A DNA stretch of 63,207 bases, the filler included, from a bacterium (GTDB lineage Bacteria; JAJRZV01): NCBI GenBank assembly GCA_024275095.1. It is 8 parts of 8 records of this genome, joined end to end, with 100 filler letters (N's around TTAATTAATTAA, not from the genome) between each part and the next. Parts side by side here need not be neighbours in the genome. Positions count along the whole stretch, not along the records: positions 47,078 to 61,241 come from JAJRZV010000111.1; positions 61,342 to 63,207 come from JAJRZV010000034.1; 6 more parts are not named here. One strand, given 5' to 3'. The notes under the pieces were generated by a model. That model was not told where the DNA came from and did no database searches. It saw nothing but the letters and a program-made list of their open reading frames with translations. A program made the translations under genes and the position numbers. Below, piece after piece: positions 60,899 through 63,207 of this stretch (its first letter is position 1; every line of letters begins with the position of its first letter).

Positions 60899-61160
60899 TG
60901 CTTCAGTCGTTCGTTACCTCGCAATGACTGAGGAGGTGGTGCCATTGCGAGTCCTACATCTGGCGGGACGAAGCAATCTTTTGGCACATGCACCAGGGCG
61001 TCAATGGAGGGTTGTGGATCCGCGATTGCTTCGTCGCTCGCTTTGACTTGCTCCTCGCAGTGACTGATGGGATGAGACTGCTTCGGTCGTCCTTCCTCGC
61101 ATGCCTCCTCGCAGTGGCTGATAGGGATATTCGCAACAGACGGAACTCCATCGCAATAAC
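60899..61160. repeat. Cluster of palindromic REP/RPE-like repeats (GATTGCTTCG...CCTCGCAATGAC type)
   Basis: Units at 60899-60928, 61024-61064 and 61076-61118, with an inverted unit at 60941-60978. Confidence 0.75.
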
Positions 61161-61180
61161 TGGACGAGGGTGAATATAAA

Positions 61181-61241
61181 GGCGCGCGTGCTGCCTGCGC
61201 GCCGAGAGATAATCAGGGATAGGGCGGGCGGGAAATATAAA
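61181..61241 (+). repeat. Second copy of the panC-panD intergenic repeat
   Basis: Matches the reverse complement of 7651-7710; the contig ends here. Confidence 0.75.
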
Positions 61242-61341
61242 NNNNNNNNNNNNNNNNNNNNNNNNNNNNNNNNNNNNNNNNNNNNTTAATTAATTAANNN
61301 NNNNNNNNNNNNNNNNNNNNNNNNNNNNNNNNNNNNNNNNN
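61242..61341. other. Artificial contig linker
   Basis: N44-TTAATTAATTAA-N44. Confidence 0.99.
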
Positions 61342-61739
61342 ACATTTGAGTCAAAGCTCAAATCCTGATCTCGTGAAAAGATTTATTCAGTTCAGATAAA
61401 CCTCTGCAGGTGTTCTCAGTCCTGATGTCCAGTGGGGCCTGCGCCAGTTATAATATCACCTGTGAACCGTTCCAGGTGATACTGAACACCTCCTCATGTC
61501 TCTTCCACTGATAGCTTGCCCTTAAGTGCCGCAAGCACGATCTCAAGTTTTTGCTCAACAGGTATCTTCTCTTTCCTGCCCATGTTACACCTCCTTTTTT
61601 GAAACGGTTTTTATTTTATCCCTCATTTTTGATCTGATTGAATTTCTGGTGGATTTTTTTCTATTCCAGCCCTGAATGGCCTCGAGCCAGCTCCAGAGGT
61701 CTCACTTTTTGTGTGTTTCGGTTTGGGTGGGGCAATACA
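61342..61739 (-). mobile_element. Internally deleted IS3/IS481-type element
   Basis: TGTATTGCCCCACCCAAACC terminus at 61739; AGGAGG RBS and ATG 61583 give MGRKEKIPVEQKLEIVLAALKG (HTH), followed within about 130 nt by the integrase tail YYNWRRPH...TPAEVYLN*. Confidence 0.7.
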
Positions 61740-61805
61740 TGTGAGTATATGACTGCCGAATGTTAAATGACATTTTTTGCCTTTCTGGAAGTTAATTTAG
61801 AATTT

Positions 61806-63207
61806 TTATTGTTGTCCGTATTTATCTATCACCCACCCTGGCAGACAGTTGCAGCTTGCAATTTCTTTAAATATTTCCCCGCCTCTATTAAGAGACCTCT
61901 GAAAGTTGTGCTCATAGTCCACGGAGTAAAGTCCGAATCTGGGCTCGAAGGTTCCCCATTCCCAGTTGTCAGTCAGCGACCAGTAGATGTAGCCCAGGAC
62001 AGGGATCCCTTCCTGTACGAGTTTTTTAACCCAGAGCAGGTGCCGGACAATCACCCGTGCCCTCTTTTCTCCGCTTGTTGTGGCAACTCCATTTTCTGTA
62101 ATCAGGATGGGGAGTTTATATCTCCGGTAAAGTTTTTTTATGATGTGGTAGATGCCCTCAGGATAAATTTCGTAACCCAGGTTTGACCTTTCGCCCGTGA
62201 TTGTCGGGCAATCCCTCAAAAAAGTGGAGATGTCAAAACCTCGCATGCTCACACACGGGAGAGCAGATATTGGAGGCGGAAGGCCGGGGACGTCCACTAC
62301 ATACCAGTGGTTGTAATAGTTAACCCCGATAAAGTCCACCTTGCCCTGCCATTCCTGCCTCACATCATCAGGAGTACCGTCGAGGTTTTCGTCAAACCCG
62401 TATATTGTAAGGCTGTCGTAGAGATTGAAGTCGTAGAATCGTTCCATCCTTGTGGTTGCGGCCACATCTCCCGGATCGGATGGGTCGGCGGGTTCATAAA
62501 ATGCAATTGTTTCCGGGAGTCCTACATTTGCGGAAACGCCGTCTCCGTCACCGTCCCAGGCATCTGTTTCTTTTATAACCTCGTAGGCTCGTGCGTGTGC
62601 CTCAATCAAGTTTTTCATTACCGGGTAGACCTTTTCATAAATTCCGCGTGTGGTGAAATTGATTTCTCCCGGAGGGAAAAGTCCGTAAAGGTAGCCTGAA
62701 ATAACAAGTATAATGGGTTCGTTAATGGTCAGGTACCAGTCAACATCACGCCCGAATTCTTCCGCAATTTTCTTTGCATACTCCACGAATTCGTCAACGG
62801 TGTCTTTGCTCGTCCATCCACCAAGGTCGGATGTTCCCTCTTCGGGGTTTAATACCCACAAGGGGTTCGTGAAGTGATGCAGGGTTATAATGGGGGTGAT
62901 TCCTCTTTCTTTAAGGGAGTTTATAACGTTTCTGTAGTGTGCGATTGCATCTTCATCCCATACATCCTTTTGAGGTTCAATTCGGCTCCATTCTATTGAG
63001 AACCTGTAGTGGGTAAGGTTTATATCCTTTGCGAGTTCTGCATCGGTGTCATACATTTCATAGGCGTTTGTTGCTTTTCCAGCAGGCACCTCTATGAAGA
63101 ACGGGCTTTTTCTTTCCCACACGTACCAGTCACAGTTGAAATTGTTGCCCTCAGTCTGGTAGGCAGAGGAACCCGCACCCCACATGAAACCATCTGGAAA
63201 ATAAAAA
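61806..63207 (-). CDS. Glycoside hydrolase family 1 (beta-glucosidase), 5' end outside the window
   Basis: FPDGFMWGAGSSAYQ.EG, YRFSIEWSRI, TINEP acid/base, ITENG nucleophile, WSLTDNWEW. Confidence 0.95.
   Translation of the reverse strand, partial: FYFPDGFMWGAGSSAYQTEGNNFNCDWYVWERKSPFFIEVPAGKATNAYEMYDTDAELAKDINLTHYRFSIEWSRIEPQKDVWDEDAIAHYRNVINSLKERGITPIITLHHFTNPLWVLNPEEGTSDLGGWTSKDTVDEFVEYAKKIAEEFGRDVDWYLTINEPIILVISGYLYGLFPPGEINFTTRGIYEKVYPVMKNLIEAHARAYEVIKETDAWDGDGDGVSANVGLPETIAFYEPADPSDPGDVAATTRMERFYDFNLYDSLTIYGFDENLDGTPDDVRQEWQGKVDFIGVNYYNHWYVVDVPGLPPPISALPCVSMRGFDISTFLRDCPTITGERSNLGYEIYPEGIYHIIKKLYRRYKLPILITENGVATTSGEKRARVIVRHLLWVKKLVQEGIPVLGYIYWSLTDNWEWGTFEPRFGLYSVDYEHNFQRSLNRGGEIFKEIASCNCLPGWVIDKYGQQ

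Noticed and set aside
60899..61160. CRISPR array
   Set aside because: Units are degenerate, in mixed orientation and irregularly spaced; no cas genes
9909..61341. Seven identical TTAATTAATTAA motifs within N runs
   Set aside because: Artificial contig spacers; gene adjacency across them is meaningless, and ORFs containing X runs are truncated

Overview
This is not one continuous locus. It is eight assembly contigs (1-9908, 10009-28227, 28328-33491, 33592-37209, 37310-42424, 42525-46977, 47078-61241, 61342-63207) joined by artificial N44-TTAATTAATTAA-N44 linkers. The gene set suggests a Gram-negative, Deltaproteobacteria-like (Desulfobacterota/Myxococcota-type) MAG or SAG; that assignment is inference. 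Housekeeping and metabolic content: a type II secretion gspE-F-G-H-I-J-K cluster, panBCD with an upstream pan RNA motif, rpmE-prfA-prmC-murA-hisG-hisD, dksA, tadA, mpl, dtd, a UvrD/PcrA helicase, cutA, acyl-CoA dehydrogenases, a DUF35 plus two thiolase-like genes, a CoxD/CoxE-like pair, a multiheme cytochrome, c-di-GMP proteins, several exported hydrolases/lipoproteins, tRNA-Ser(CGA) and tRNA-Leu(CAG). Mobile content: an IS3-family element, IS relics, a broken PLD-helicase/RhuM island and three families of short dispersed repeats. Most notable observations: (i) five in-frame nonsense codons plus several motif changes, all explainable as G>T/C>A transversions; (ii) a dispersed repeat (CGGGGTCTGGTCTCAACATTTGACATT...) that sits at gene 3' ends and brackets a whole contig as a 141-bp inverted repeat; (iii) contigs 7 and 1 overlap by 141 bp, which completes a beta-helix lipoprotein gene near the T2SS cluster; (iv) a lipoprotein-signal DUF151 nuclease-PDZ fusion and a GH15-like enzyme with a CTERM-like tail. 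No CRISPR array, rRNA or prophage was seen, and no intact novel multi-gene system can be claimed from the sequence alone.
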